From: Chlorokybus atmophyticus | Taxonomy: Eukaryota > Plantae > Mesostigma and Chlorokybus algae | Assembly: GCA_009103225.1 (NCBI GenBank) | Contig: RHPI01001715.1 | Coordinates: forward strand, 1,020,011-1,084,010 | DNA length: 64,000 bases | Reading direction: 5' to 3' | Part shown: positions 25,098 through 38,693 of the stretch, piece by piece | Position numbering within the stretch: position 1 is the stretch's first letter | How the letters are laid out: every line of letters starts with the position of its first letter | Notes under the pieces: generated by a model | What the model was told of the DNA's origin: nothing | Seen by the model: only the letters and a program-made list of their open reading frames with translations | Databases searched by the model: none | Translations under genes and position numbers: made by a program

Positions 25098-28000
25098 ATG
25101 GACCGGTAAGCAGCTTGTCCAGATGTTAACATTGGTGGCCTAGCGCAGCAACGTGTGGCAGCTTGTCATAGTGGTTTTATTGCCTACCTATTGAAGGTCC
25201 AGCTTTGTGCTTGTTTGCTTAGCCCTCACAGGACAATTGTTACTTACAGAGGCTTGTTGATTTAGCTTAGAAGCACAATTTGGGTGCAAACTGTTCACTG
25301 GCATGTGGTGTTTGCTTGCAACAGTGATGGTTGTTGCTGTGTTGACTTGCAACTGTGTGCTGGCAGCATTTTGTATGATTCAAGGCGTAATATGTCGCTG
25401 CATGCTTGCTATAAAAAACATTAGTTTTCAGACTGCTTGCTTATCGCAGTATGACATCCTGGTGCTCATCTTGGTGTAGTTACAGCTTGACAGGACAAGT
25501 GCTTCTTCGTGATAAGTGCAGCAAGTTGAACACGTCAACAGTGGAAGTAGAATGTTATGTCTCCCTGCTATGCATAGTAATGTATGGTGTTGGGAACAGA
25601 CATCAATTTGTCTGTGCACATATGCTTTTGACACGCATACTGTGCAGTGACACGGTGCCTCCCCTTCCCAAGTTACCTCCAAGGCGAGTCGACGTGTCTG
25701 TTGGCCCAGTGCAAGGCCGAGCTGCATCGCCTACGCCTCCAAGGACACCGCCAAGTGTCCGATGGTTGCAACTGCAAGAACGCTGGAGGGTATGGTCGTA
25801 TAATGGGGAGTGTACAGAGTGTGCTGTACTGTGTGCTCATATGGGTCTGGCCTGCAGCATGGTCAGTTGAAAAGTTTTCAGAGAAGGCAGGAGATTGAGG
25901 CCAGGCTGCAGCGATGGAGGATTAGTGTCCACACCATACAGGTGTGTTTGATATGCAGCATTTGCTCTAGCCATAGGTGTCATGATTATGGTAGGATTAT
26001 GGTAGGATTATATGTGCACAAAAAGGCATGGATTACCTGGTTCCGCATTCCATGTTTGCATCGTGCTAGCCTTAATGTATATCAAGCTTGGACTGCAATT
26101 TCAGGCTGCTAATCGTTTTGCGCGAAGAGAAAGTTTGCGCGAGAAAGCGGTGCGACTGCTCACACCTAAGTGCATTGTCCCGGATGACCAGAGTGATGAC
26201 GCATTTGCAGTAGCCCTCAAGACAAAGGGCATTGGTGAGTTGTGCAAGCTTGTGTTGTGGTTCGCATGCGAATGGCAGAAGCACTGTCATCTATGGTTGC
26301 CATTGTTTGGCACCACCAGTTAATTGCCGTCAGTCTGGTTGGTTGTTGTCACTTCATAACAAATCATGCATTTGTTTGACAGACAACCAGACTGACTTGG
26401 AGGAAGTAACTTTTGATGCCCATGATTTGCCTTCAACGCGCCCATTGCTAAGGCCAGCATCAGCGCCTATTGCTGAGGAAACTGGACACCGCTTTGGCAT
26501 CAGCTTGGCTACGCTGGTGAAGCTGAATGAGGAACGAAGTACCGAGGCTCTTGCTGCTTATGCTGGGGTATGTCTCTGTGCATTTTGCCTGCATTGTGCC
26601 AGCTGATATACGGCCTTGAGGGTTGTCAGTAACAAAATGCTTGCCTTGAGGACAGGTTGAAGGCATTGCCAAGCTCCTGCATGTCAGTCCCAAGGACGGC
26701 ATTTCTGACGTGGAGGCGGATCAGGAGGAACGCAGAAACATTTACAGCAGCAATACATATCCAGAGAAGCCCCCGAAGCCTGTTTGGGTAATATAAGTGC
26801 ACAGATTGTGATAGCCGGGGTGGCACGTGTGAGGTTGGCTGAGAATTTTGTGGTGTGTAGAGATACTTCTGGGATGCCTCCAAGGACTTCGTTCTGCGCA
26901 TCCTGGCAGTGTGTGCTGCAGTTGGATTGGCAATTGGGTTGGCTACTGAGGTGCGTTCAAGTTGACAGCTGCAACGGTGCGCATGGGCAGATGATGGTCG
27001 GAGTGTCATACTAACATATTTTGGAGCAGGGCACGAGTACGGGTTGGTACGATGGTGTTGGCATCTTCGTTGCTCTCGCCTTGGTTATCTGCATTACAGG
27101 TAGTTGCGTCTCACTTACTTGCTTTTTTGTTGGCCATCAGAGCTTTGCATCACCATTCCTTTGTGCCCCGGACAGCATGCATGTCATTGCCTCATGTTAT
27201 ACGCATCTAAGTTGGAATATGTATGCTGACTATTGACTGTGTGAACTTTATGTAGCTGGAAACGATCTGAATCAAGCTCGCCAGTTCCGCAAGTTGAACC
27301 AGAAGAAAAAGAATATACCCGTGCAAGTATGTATACTGTGTGGGCAGCATGGTGTTGCTCTGCAGTTGCGGCTCACCTTTACTATATATATATATAACCT
27401 CTTGCAATCTCAGGTCACGAGGGGAGGGCGGCGAATTGAGATTTCCATATACGACATTGTTGTTGGAGATGTTGTCCATCTGAACCTGGGCGACCAAGTA
27501 GCTGCAGATGGCCTGTTGCTGAAGGGTTTCTCGCTTATCTGTGATGAATCTAGTATGACCGGAGAAAGCAAGCCGGTATGCAGTGCTCACCTGTGTTTGC
27601 AGAAACAGGAAGGGTACAGGTGCTGATAGCTTAGCTATCTATGTGCAGGTTGAGAAGTCCATTTCGGAGAAACCGTATGTGATCTCTGGCACCAAGGTTA
27701 TCGAGGGCTATGGAGACATGCTGGTATGCTGGGTGTTCATTGTTGCTGTGGCTTTGGGTTAAAGTTGATTGTGCTTACAGCTGGTTTCTGACCATGCAGG
27801 TAACAGCAGTTGGGCTTAACACGGAATGGGGTCGCGTCATGTCCACTGTCACAGAGGAGCATAACGAGCAAACCCCTCTTCAGGTGTGGTTTGCAATAAT
27901 GTAGTAATGATGTAGTCTTTTATTACTACATCATTGATGTAGTACTTTATTGATTTAGTGCTGCCGCATGCAATTGTGCGCACGGTCTGGTATACTTGGC

Positions 28001-31000
28001 ATTGTTGTAGTGCTGATGGGCTTGTTGTGCAGAAACGGCTGGAGGTAGTGGCTTTGGGCATTGGCAAAGTTGGTCTGTTGGTTGCTGTCCTGGTGTTCAT
28101 CGTTCTTACAGCCAGGTGAGTAGGTGCATCACTTGCATTGCACACAACTGTGCTGAGCGTTTTGCGTGTGTGCGTCAGTGAGTGTCAGTGATTGTGTCAG
28201 TGAGTCTCAGCATTGGCGCTGTGCTGCAGGTACCTGGCCTTTGACCTGGACTACAAAAATTTCAAGGCTCGTGATCTGACAAACTTTGTCGACTTCTTTG
28301 CGGAGGCGGTATGTGTTAGTTTGCTCAACAGACTCTTGTCAGCTGTTGCATTCATTGACCATCGCCATATTTTAGGTGACCATCATTGTTGTGGCTATTC
28401 CAGAAGGGCTGCCTCTGGCAGTCACGCTCAGTCTTGCATACTCAATGCGCAAGATGACTAAGGATAACGCTTTGGTAAGCTCCATCACAGCTCCTCGCTT
28501 AGGCCTGGTTATTGCACAACCACTCAGCCATTCACCTTTGCTTCCCAATGCTTGCGTTGAAAGGTGATTCGCATGTATAGGTGCGCCACTTGGCAGCTTG
28601 CGAAGTCATGGGTGGTGCGACAACTATCTGTAGTGATAAGACAGGAACATTGACCACCAACAAGGTTAGAATTGTCTTGCATTGCCACTTGTGCTGCATT
28701 GCTGACGTGCAGTGTGCAGTTGGAGGCATGCTGATAGTACATTGTGTCCGCGCAGATGGTTGTTGTGCGATCATGGCTGTGCAATACGCTGCAGCAAGCA
28801 ATGCCTAACACTGCACTTCTTAGCAATGATAGCTTGAAGGTACTCTTAGTTTTTTCCTTGCTGAGCAGTTGTCTTGCAGGCTTAGTCTCCAACCCATGGT
28901 TGCTAAGCACACCATACTTGCAGGTCTTGCGTGAGGGCATCTGTTTGAACTCCAATGGCTCAGTGTACCGCACCAAGGTAGGCATGTTTGCACCAAACGG
29001 TCACTTTTTATGTAGATGATGTTGAATACTGAACCTGCTTTCAACAGACTGGTGAGGTGGAGATTACAGGGAAGCCAACAGAAACAGCAGTGTTGAGCTA
29101 TGGTGTAGAGCTGGGAGCAGACTATGACAAGGAGCGAGAGGCGGCTCATATGGTCAAAGTCGAACCCTTTAACTCAGCAAAGAAGCGCATGGGGGTGCTC
29201 CTTCAGGTGCACAGTACTCTTCATTTGTGCATGCACGTTTTGGACAGGCAGATCTATCGTGTCCTGATTCAAACAATTGTTGTTAGCATTGCGAGCAACT
29301 GTATTATCCCGTATCAAGTGGCTTGTTGCTTATACAGTTTGTGCTGCAGCTGCCCTCTGGTGAGTATCGTCTGCACTGGAAGGGTGCCACAGAGGTTATC
29401 ATCGGGTTCTGTTCCAAGTTTGTAGATGAGAAGGGCAATGTCACACCCATGACAGACGCCAAGGTATGGTGACTGCTGGCATTGTGCGCTGTGGCCTGGC
29501 CTGTGGATTGGCCCATGCATTGGCTGATGCATATGCAACCAAAAAGCTGGATGGAGACAGGGCTCATGCCGCTGTGTCTGCAGCGCACGGAGATACTCGC
29601 ACTGGTGGATGACATGGCAAGCCAAAGCCTGCGCACACTGTGTTTAGCGTATGCTGACATACCATCAGGTTCATCCATACTGAAGCCCACAAAAGTTACG
29701 AATGACGACGGTACGGTGGATGAGACCAAAGAGCCTCAGATTCAGCTGCCCACGTCCGACTTAATCTGCCAGGCCATCGTTGGCATCAAGGTATGTAGAT
29801 GGCCTTCTTAGGAATATGAAGTTATTTTGCAGCAGTTGTGCTGCATGCCGATGTTGTAAAACCAGTTGCCACGTGACTGCTGTCTTGTGGGTGGTTTTCA
29901 ACAAGCCATTGCTGTGACTTGTGTCTCACAAAGTCGCGTTCAGGATCCTTGCCGTGAGGGCGTGCCAGAAGCAGTACAGTACTGCCAGCGTGCGGGGATT
30001 GTCGTGCGCATGGTTACTGGCGATTACATCACCACAGCAAAGGCTATCGCTCGCGAGTGCAACATACTCACCGATGACGGCATTGCCATGGAGGGTCCGG
30101 ACTTCCGCGCCATGCCCAAAGAGGAGCTTCTCAAGATACTTCCCAGGTTGCAGGTGAGTATGCCCTAAGCTTTACAGTTTGTCTTATAACATGGGACATC
30201 ACAGCTGTTAACTGTTTTGTTTTGATTTGATCCTCAGGTTTTAGCTAGGTCGTCCCCAACGGACAAGCAGACGCTGGTGAAGTATCTGCGCGAGCTTGGG
30301 AACGTTGTCGCCGTGACTGGCGATGGCACTAACGACGCTCCTGCGCTGCACCAGGCCGATGTGGGTCTTTCTATGGGCATATCAGGCACGGAGATTGCCA
30401 AGGAGAGCTCCGACATCATCATTTTGGATGACAACTTCAGGACCGTTGTGCCAGTGGTTCGCTGGGGCAGGTCTATATTTGAAAACATCCGCAAGTTCAT
30501 CCAGTTCCAGCTGACGGTCAACATCGTCGCGCTCACGCTGAATTTTGTCACGGCCGCCGCGCTCGGCATCGCGCCCTTGACTGTGGTGCAGCTGCTGTGG
30601 GTCAATCTCATCATGGACACGCTCGGTGCCCTGGCTCTGGGCACTGAGCCCCCGCAGGAGAAGTTCATGCAGCGCAAACCTTACGGCCGCACGGAGTCGC
30701 TGATCTCCAACGTCATGTGGCGCAACATGATCGCCATGTCGGTCTACCAGCTTGTCGTGCTGCTGGTCATCCAGTTTGCTGGCTACAACATATTTGGGCT
30801 GGAGCGCCCACCGGCCACAATTATAGATCCAAAGACTGGCGTGGCACGTACTTTGGAGAAAGTTGATTGGGTCAAGGATTGGAATGATACCCGTACCCTC
30901 AACACGATCATCTTCAACACCTTTGTCTTCATGCAGGTAACATGGCTGTAGTGAGTGCTGTTGGTAATTGGGTCGGTGTACGTTTTACGTAAGTGCTTTA

Positions 31001-31470
31001 CTACGCTGTTTTTGTCCATGACAACTGCTGTTCTTTTTCCCCTGACACTGTCAAACTGTCTACAGGTCTTCAATGAGTTCACATCGCGAGACATGGAAGA
31101 TCCCAACATTTTCAAAGGCTTGATACGCAATCACATCTTTATAACAGTCATCATTGTGACGTGCGCCTTCCAATTCCTCATAGTCACGTTTCTGAACAAT
31201 TTTGCGAACACAAATGACCTATCTCCCGCGCGATGGGGCTGGTGCATACTTCTCGGTTTCATTGGCATGCCAATCGGCGCTCTGGTGAAGCTCATCAAGG
31301 TGCCGCGCGAGCCCACGTTCTCGGACTACCTCTTCAACAAGTTTCCCAAGTTGCGCCGCATATTCCTTGGGAAAAACCCCGACGCCGGCACTGAGGCAGA
31401 CTGGAAGGCAGACTTGCAGCAGGATGGGCCGCACCGAGAAACCAACCCTGAAGCAAGCAACGCTGTTTAG
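25098..31470 (+). CDS. ACA: Autoinhibited Ca2+-ATPase (P2B / PMCA-type), multi-exon
   Basis: Inferred 8-nt first exon ATGGACCG|GTAAG in phase with exon at 25648. N-terminal RLQRWR..AANRF regulatory motif; [10 protein letters not shown]; [10 protein letters not shown]; phosphorylation site [11 protein letters not shown]; WKGATE; VRMVTGD; [12 protein letters not shown]; [13 protein letters not shown]; stop at 31470. Confidence 0.95.
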
Positions 31471-32294
31471 TTACAGCTTGCTGCGCGGCGCATAGCTACC
31501 GAGCATAGACGCTTAGTTATGTAGGGTCCCTTCCGGCACCTTGTAAGGAAGTGGTGCCTTCAGCTCCTGTTCAAGGAGTAGCGAGCTGAAACCGAGATGG
31601 TTGGCACTGCGAGTATTACGATTGATGGTTAGGTCGTGTTGTTGGCTAGGATTAGGAAACCTTCAATAAGCGCCTTGTACATGAGACGTGCGCAGTTAGG
31701 TTGTAACTCAGACTTCTGGCCTTGGTTGCACCCTGAAGATGCAACCATGGACATCTTTGCTGGACATGAATGTTGAATCTTACAGGACTGTCATGTTTTT
31801 AGTTGCTGATTGACCATGACATTGGAATGTAACAACCACCTTGGCATTGTTATGGCGCCATCAGACATAGTCAGATACCGCTGCATCGATAACACTGAAG
31901 AATAGCCAGTATTTCCCAGTTCCAATTTGCATGTACTGTTGGGCATGTTCTTGACTTGGAGAGTCTGGTGAAACTTGCAAAACATGCACATGTGTGCGTT
32001 TTCCAGTGCCTCGCAGTGCTTTACTCAGTATGCGGTTGTCATGGTTGGGTATGTTTACATAGTTCACGCAGTCAGCGACGAGTGTGTACAAAGTTACCCG
32101 CACTTGCACTTATCAGTGAGCACATACAAGAGTTTCCACAAGAGCTGAGACTACACTTGGCTGTACCTCAAGACAATACGGCTGCACTCTTGGCCAACAA
32201 CCAGGAGGGAAAGCCCCTGTGTTTTTTAACCGACCACTGTTACACTGGAACGCATAGTACAGACATATACAGACGAAGTGTACCGGCAGCGGTG

Positions 32295-33867
32295 TCAAAG
32301 TGATGTATGTTGCGTGTAAAGGGGGTCGACGCCCGCAATAAGAGGCTGAAACAAGTCTGTTCTGGTCACCATTGCAATGACTTTGTCATCATTGTCAACC
32401 ACCGGTAGCCGAAATATCTGCCAACAAAACCACAATTAATGACAATACCACAATGCAGTGGAGAGAGAGCACCCATGACAAGTGAATGAAAGAAATAAAG
32501 TGGCTGTAGCTGCGACAACTTTGGATGTTATTCGTTGCAATGCAAACGCTGCTGCGTGCTCAATTTCTCAAAAAGCAGCCAGAAACGACTGACCTTGTTC
32601 TGCAGCATCAGTCCTGCAGCAAATATAATCGGTGCATGTTCCTTGATTGTAATGGGTTGCGACATGACCTCCCTGCACGTATGCACGCATAAGATGACAA
32701 CATAAGACGTGTCCCCCCCCCGTGTGTGTGTTGGCTTCAGCAGTCACACTCCTTGAGCGGTTGAATAGATGCTAGTGGTTGCACCAGCAACATGAAGTTG
32801 TACCTGACTGTGGTACTCTGCAGCTTGGAGCTGTCCTCTTTCACCACTTGCAAAACATCCTAGGAGCATGCATGTTGCAGTGCTGAGCCACAAGAAGAGC
32901 ACACCAACACTGGCCAAGACTAACAACACATGGTGCGAGTACCGTCTCGGACACGACGCCAATGCAATGGCCCGCATCATCCACGACAGGCAGACCGGTG
33001 AACTTGGCAAAGTGGTGCATGATGCTCGCGAGCGTCATGTCCGGTGTTGCTGTTATCACGCTGTTGCTCATCACCTGCGTCGCCGGATTTGGATTGGGAT
33101 AGCGTGTGACATGGGGGAGGCGCTGACTGTGTGCGCGTGCATGCGAGCGCGCGCATGCATGTGCATGTGCGTGTGTGTATGCATAACACATAAGGACATC
33201 TCCAACCAATGATGCTGATGTGATACACAAATAACATACATTCAGGCTATCTTCACGAGCAAGAGTGTGCAAAGGTAGCCTGACAGGGAGCCTCATCTTT
33301 GAGCTTTTACAGATCACAGCTCATTCACCTCGCTAGTTGCACATGCATGCAATGGGCATGAGGCAAGTCGTCGTCCGACCCCAAGCTGTTCACTCAACAA
33401 CTTGGTTCGGGCATCAATCACCAGAGCAAGTCGATTCTCCACTCACTTATACAGCCCAAAGACACCAACGAACATGCATGACCCAGCTGCTGCCTCCTCA
33501 CCTGATTGACGGGGTTGTACGGTGGTTCACTGAGCTCCTCGCCGACTCGCCGCCTGGCGCCGCTGCCCATCTCCGCAGGCACCTCGCCGCCATCATCACC
33601 TCCCCCAACAACTTCAGCAGCAGCAGCTGCTGCTCGACGTGCTGGACGAGGGCGAGGAAGAGAAAGCAGCAGCTGTTGCTTGCTGGCTGTGATGAACGCT
33701 TGGGCTGAGCTAAGCTGCTTCTGAGAGTTTCGCAAGCTTCTGCTTCTATACCTGCTTGGTTTAATGCTCGTCGAGCAGCAAGCGACGTCCGCCTGCTGCT
33801 GCCGCCCAAGGCGTACTGCAGCTGCAGCAGGCGCTGGCCGCGCTGACAGCGACACCGCCAGCTGCAT
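32295..33867 (-). CDS. CBS-pair domain protein with plastid-type transit peptide (CBSX-like), multi-exon
   Basis: Exon 1 MQLAVSLSARPAPAAAAVRL... ending NPVNQ|GTGAGG. CBS1 QVMSNSVITATPDMTLASIMHHFAKFTGLPVVDDAGHCIGVVSE. CBS2 EVMSQPITIKEHAPIIFAAGLMLQNK|IFRLPVVDNDDKVIAMVTRTDLF. TGA at 32295-32297. Confidence 0.85.
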
Positions 33868-33912
33868 GCTTCTGCTTCTCCCCCGCCGCCGCCGCCGCCG
33901 CCGCCGCCGCTA

Positions 33913-34489
33913 CCCCGAATGCCTGATGTGGACAGTGGGACTGTTGCAGTGCAGACGCTGCGCACCTCTTGATGAGCAGCGGATGCAGCCTGCTGCAGAG
34001 AGAGAGAGAGAGAGAGAGAGAGACCCCGAATGCCTGATGTGGACAGTGGGACTGTTGCAGTGCAGACGCTGCGCACCTCTTGATGAGCAGCGGATGCAGC
34101 CTGCTGCAGAGAGAGAGAGAGAGAGAGAGAGAGACCCCGAATGCCTGATGTGGACAGTGGGACTGTTGCAGTGCAGACGCTGCGCACCTCTTGATGAGCA
34201 GCGGATGCAGCCTGCTGCAGAGAGAGAGAGAGAGAGAGAGAGAGACCCCGAATGCCTGATGTGGACAGTGGGACTGTTGCAGTGCAGACGCTGCGCACCT
34301 CTTGATGAGCAGCGGATGCAGCCTGCTGCAGAGAGAGAGAGAGAGAGAGAGAGAGACCCCGAATGCCTGATGTGGACAGTGGGACTGTTGCAGTGCAGAC
34401 GCTGCGCACCTCTTGATGAGCAGCGGATGCAGCCTGCTGCAGAGAGAGAGAGAGAGAGAGAGAGAGACCCCGAATGCCTGATGTGGACA
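33913..34489. repeat. Perfect tandem array: 5 x 111-bp units plus partial sixth, each ending in an (AG)n tract
   Basis: CCCCGAATGCCTGATGTGGACAG recurs at 33913, 34024, 34135, 34246, 34357 and 34468. Confidence 0.95.
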
Positions 34490-34917
34490 GAACATNGACT
34501 GCAGCACGCACGCATATTGTTGCAGTTGGAGGTTGCAAAACGAATAGCGTGACAACATGACTGGCTTGCCACAATATGTAGCAAGTGAGCCCCGGTCACA
34601 AGCCACACACAACAGCCATGCTGCAACACGGGTCACACACACGAATGCTCATATGCGGAAGATGACAGAAGCCTGATGCGTACCAACACAACCACTGCAC
34701 ACAATCCTTCGTTGGCGCCGACCTAATAACTCCCTGACACGTTATGCACAGAGATGCGTGTGCAGAAGGTGGGGGCCAGAATATTGCACCCATAGTGATC
34801 ATGAGATCAACTGCCTTGAGTGAGAATGAGCTAGCCTTCAATGTGACTGTGAGTTAGCTAGCATAAGCAACATGCGTGTAGCAACCTCCTGTGCAAAATC
34901 CAATAACAGAATGGATG

Positions 34918-36173
34918 CTACTCCACGTGGTTTAGATGCAGTGGCGGCCCTCGTGGCATCCCGCGCGTGTATGCCCCTTGGTACCCGGATGAACCCTGTG
35001 GCGCGGCACCACCGGCACGCTGCACGACGATTCAAGGGTTTAACACTAGGGTCTGTTGTTAAGTGATTATGTCAGGAATGCTTGACACACACGCACACAC
35101 ACGCACACATGCGCATTCGCATGAAGCAAATGTGGTAATAACACAACGGCAGCAAGCTAAGCACCTGCTGCTGTTGTTGTGCGGCGGCGACGAGGCCAAC
35201 AATCTGCTGCTGCACGAACTGAAACGCCAGCTGCCAGTAGTGCACGAGCATCTCTGTTGAGCGCGTGGACCAATCGTGCAGGTGCCTGTCAATGGTCGCC
35301 TGGTGCTCGTGCAGCTTCGGCCGCACCAACGTCACGTACACATAATCCGCACCCTGCACACCAATGAAAACATACAATGGGAATAGATACATAACAATAT
35401 GCGATGCATATTGAATACCAAATTGCGACGTCATACATTGGTTTTTGGGTGCCACAGGTACACGATAAATGCCAGCTTGGCCTCTTGGTACAATGGAAAC
35501 CTTCAGGGACAAGGGTTAGTGAGCAGTAAGCAGACTCGCCTCAATGGTTCAACCGACAATATGCTAACCATTTTCAAGGGGACAAAAAGCAACAATAAAA
35601 AGCAGCATGCGAGCTTACCAATATACAACAGCGTCGAGCCAACGCTCCGCTGTTGCAAACAATGCCAATACAATCCTGCAAGAGTGTCACACAACATCTG
35701 TGACAGATGCAACAGTGCACTTCCTCTAGACCATGCATGCATGCACGTATGAGCCCTTCGACAGCAACAACTATAAGCAGCGTGCGGCTTACCAGTATAT
35801 GCACCAATTGCGCAACTCTACTGCATCCAGGCGAGGCTTGTCCACAGCCTTGAAGCTCTTGTACGCGGGGTACAAGTATCCTAATGCGAGCCTATTGAAT
35901 ATGACACCATCAGCAATTGCGTGTACACGATGCTGGAAGCTGATAGAGGACTGCAAATATAGGGGGAGATTCTGAATACTTAAGCAAGTGATGAGGACAA
36001 CAAAGCCATGCAATGCATGGTATAGGTATGACTGATTACTGATTGTGTAAACGAGGTGACATGAGCATCATCATTATCATCATTTGGATATGTATTAACC
36101 ATCATCAGCGTCGTCAACATCGCCACCGTTGCTATGCTTACACAAGCACGCGAGTGAGTAGCCCGCCCAGCAT
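34918..36173 (-). CDS. HVA22: HVA22-like / TB2-DP1 (REEP-type) ER-shaping protein, 6 exons
   Basis: MLGGLLTRVLV|LALGYLYPAYKSFKAV..LRNWCIYW|IVLALFATAERWLDAVVYW|FPLYQEAKLAFIVYLWHPKTN|GADYVYVTLVRP; GT-AG junctions in phase; TAG at 34918-34920. Confidence 0.9.
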
Positions 36174-37329
36174 GATGGCGCCTGCTGCTTGCGTAAGGGA
36201 GGCTTCGGCACACCGCCCGCAGCGACAGCTGGCGGCGGCGGCGACGGCGACGATGCAGATGACAACTGGACAACAGCGCAGCAGATACCCTTATTTGTGC
36301 ACTACTATTGCTTCATGCTGCCGCTTGGAGCACTGAACTCTCCTCAGCTGGACTTGGCCTCAGGACTATCCGTCTTGTCCTGCTGAATGAATGAAGCTGA
36401 AGGTGCTGAAGGTGAACGTCCGCGGCCCAAATCGCGGAGGCAGGCAGCAAGCGGTATATAGATCACAATGCCGCAGTCTGAACAGCAGAGCCAACCACCC
36501 CCTTCTCCTCCCCTACCTGCTCCTCGTCCTGCACCCCTTCCTTATCCTCCGCCGCCGCCAAAGGAGGGGCCGCCGCTGCGACGCCCAGTCAACTCAACGG
36601 CACTTCCACTTACAGACCGGACCTGACACGCGCCAGAGCTGCGCATGTGAGCAGCAGTGCTTACTGAGAACCCTCGATAAATGTATCATCATTGGTAAAC
36701 TACATGTTGCATAGTTAGGTGACACTCAATGTTGGTACCATTGTGTCAAGTTGAAGGTTGATTCTGACTTTTTGAGCGTGCCTCGAACTCGGCATACTTC
36801 CGAAATGTATTGGCAGTGTAGCTGACAGAAATATAATTAAGACGTTGCAAGCGATTGTGTCTTTTTGTATTTTATTACGTACAAGATGTCATACTGTGTC
36901 TGCGGTTAGCACAAGCACACATAAGTCAGCAATTGACCTTTCAACCATCAGCATATACCTTTAAATGAATCTTTTTATCGTTGATTAGTATACTATTGTT
37001 TGATAATTGTGTTTGAAAGGCCCAAAAACATTGATTTAACATCAATATGCGCAAACTTAGCTTCGTGCCTAACTATGCCAGCATTTCCTCTCCCTCCTGA
37101 CTATCACCCATATAGGAGCACATGTCGATAATCTGAACACGGGTTGTCTGCTGACTGCGCGCGCGCATTTGGACTAAACACATGCATCGCATTAGCCCAC
37201 TCCCCTAAGCCATGCTTCACACACATTGCTCACGCAGCAAGATCATAATGGCAACGGCCTTGTTGAAGATGGATTACAGTGAGCACAGGAGGCACAACCT
37301 ATAGCAGTCAACCCTAAACATTGTTGACA

Positions 37330-37860
37330 TTTGTTGGCTTCATACCGAGAGAAAGAGCATGCCGACCAATACCCTTCAAGTATAGGGCGGACCACAGATC
37401 CGGCTCATTGGGCCAGCATTTGAGTCCATGCGACTGGCAAGAGGGCAGCCCGAACTCTTTCACTCTGCCCACCTCCCTCCATTGTATCATGGTTATTCCG
37501 CATCGATGACGACATTCCTCATGACGACTACTCTCCGAGGACTGCATGGGCATAGCATGACACCTTCTCCACCATCTCAGCCCACACATCTATGATGTTG
37601 TCTTCGCCAATTGCTTTATTGTTTGTGTCCACATTTTAGTTGGAGTGATATCACCTTCGATGACAACATTTCATCTGCACTGCCCCAGGTTTTTAACCAT
37701 GGACTTACAATGACTCTTGGGTACTGTGACATGACCTCACCCTCCCCCCGCATCTCCTTGTCTATATTTTTTTTGAGCTCCAACCTCAGCCAGCTGCCTT
37801 CCTCTCCTGTATACACTGTTAGATCCCGCTCAGTCCCCATCCCAAGATTTGGTCCCCCCT
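37330..37860 (-). mobile_element. Possible degraded LINE (RTE-like) endonuclease-RT linker fragment
   Basis: Broken frames WLRLELKK...YPRVIVSPWLK and IDVWAEMVEKVSCYAHAVLGE*S resemble the RTE-type W..M...I...A..VLG.S linker; no catalytic motif seen. Confidence 0.3.
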
Positions 37861-37864
37861 TCTC

Positions 37865-37909
37865 CCCTAACCCTAACCCTAACCCTAACCCTAACCCTAA
37901 CCCTAACCC
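37865..37909. repeat. Interstitial telomere-like tract (CCCTAA)7
   Basis: Seven perfect CCCTAA units followed by CCC. Confidence 0.95.
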
Positions 37910-38693
37910 ACTGCTTCCGCCAGATCCCCTCACGCAATACTACCACTGATTGGACAGCATGCTTTGTGCCTAGCTCACCTCGACCGTTTGTCTTTATTCG
38001 GCTAGCCTTGTGCGCTAAACTCTCTTTGTTATTACGGACTGAATCCATATGTGCAGTTACGTCGACAATTGCTACTCCCCACTCTTTGTCGTGCAATAAG
38101 TATGAAACTAGGAAGGATTAGCTAAGTATCATAAGCCATAAGGTGGTTGTTGCATGAACAGTTTAACCTTGCTATGCGAACCTTTTTCATCCATATTGTA
38201 AGGGGAAGGTACATTAAATAACCACAAATCGACCATAAGCACCAAGTCTTTTAATGGTCGCGTGAGTCGTGACATTGGTCATTGGAGCTTGAGACCCGGG
38301 TTCGATTCCTGCCTTGCACACGAATTCTATGGTTGTTTCGCGATCCAGTAGCATCGTAAACTAGCGGTGCGGCTGATTGGGCGAGATAGGGCCGGCCGGC
38401 CAGCCGGGAGGCCGGCATTAGGGCACAAAGACACATCACGCGCACTGAGGGCCATCACACACGGCACCCGAGACTACATGCCTGCCGCGCATACCGAGCA
38501 GCCTGCCTGCCTCTCATTGGCTATGCGACATTTATCAGCTATCAGCCATTCGATTTGTGTTGAACAAATCTCAACCTTCCAAAGCACATCCCCATACTAT
38601 GCAATTGCACAAAGTATATGCGAGTGAATAAAAGAATCCATTCATTTTGAGCACAACATGCACGGTGCACATATGCGTCATGCGTGCGTTGTA

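Noticed and set aside
33498-34642. Long ORFs (239-358 aa) over the 111-bp array; CRISPR-like appearance
   Set aside because: Open frames follow from the 37-codon unit. Units are identical with no unique spacers, there are no cas genes, and the context is eukaryotic.
38250-38320. Full tRNA gene around GGTTCGATTCC
   Set aside because: No acceptor stem, D-arm or anticodon arm can be formed; kept only as a B-box-like fragment.
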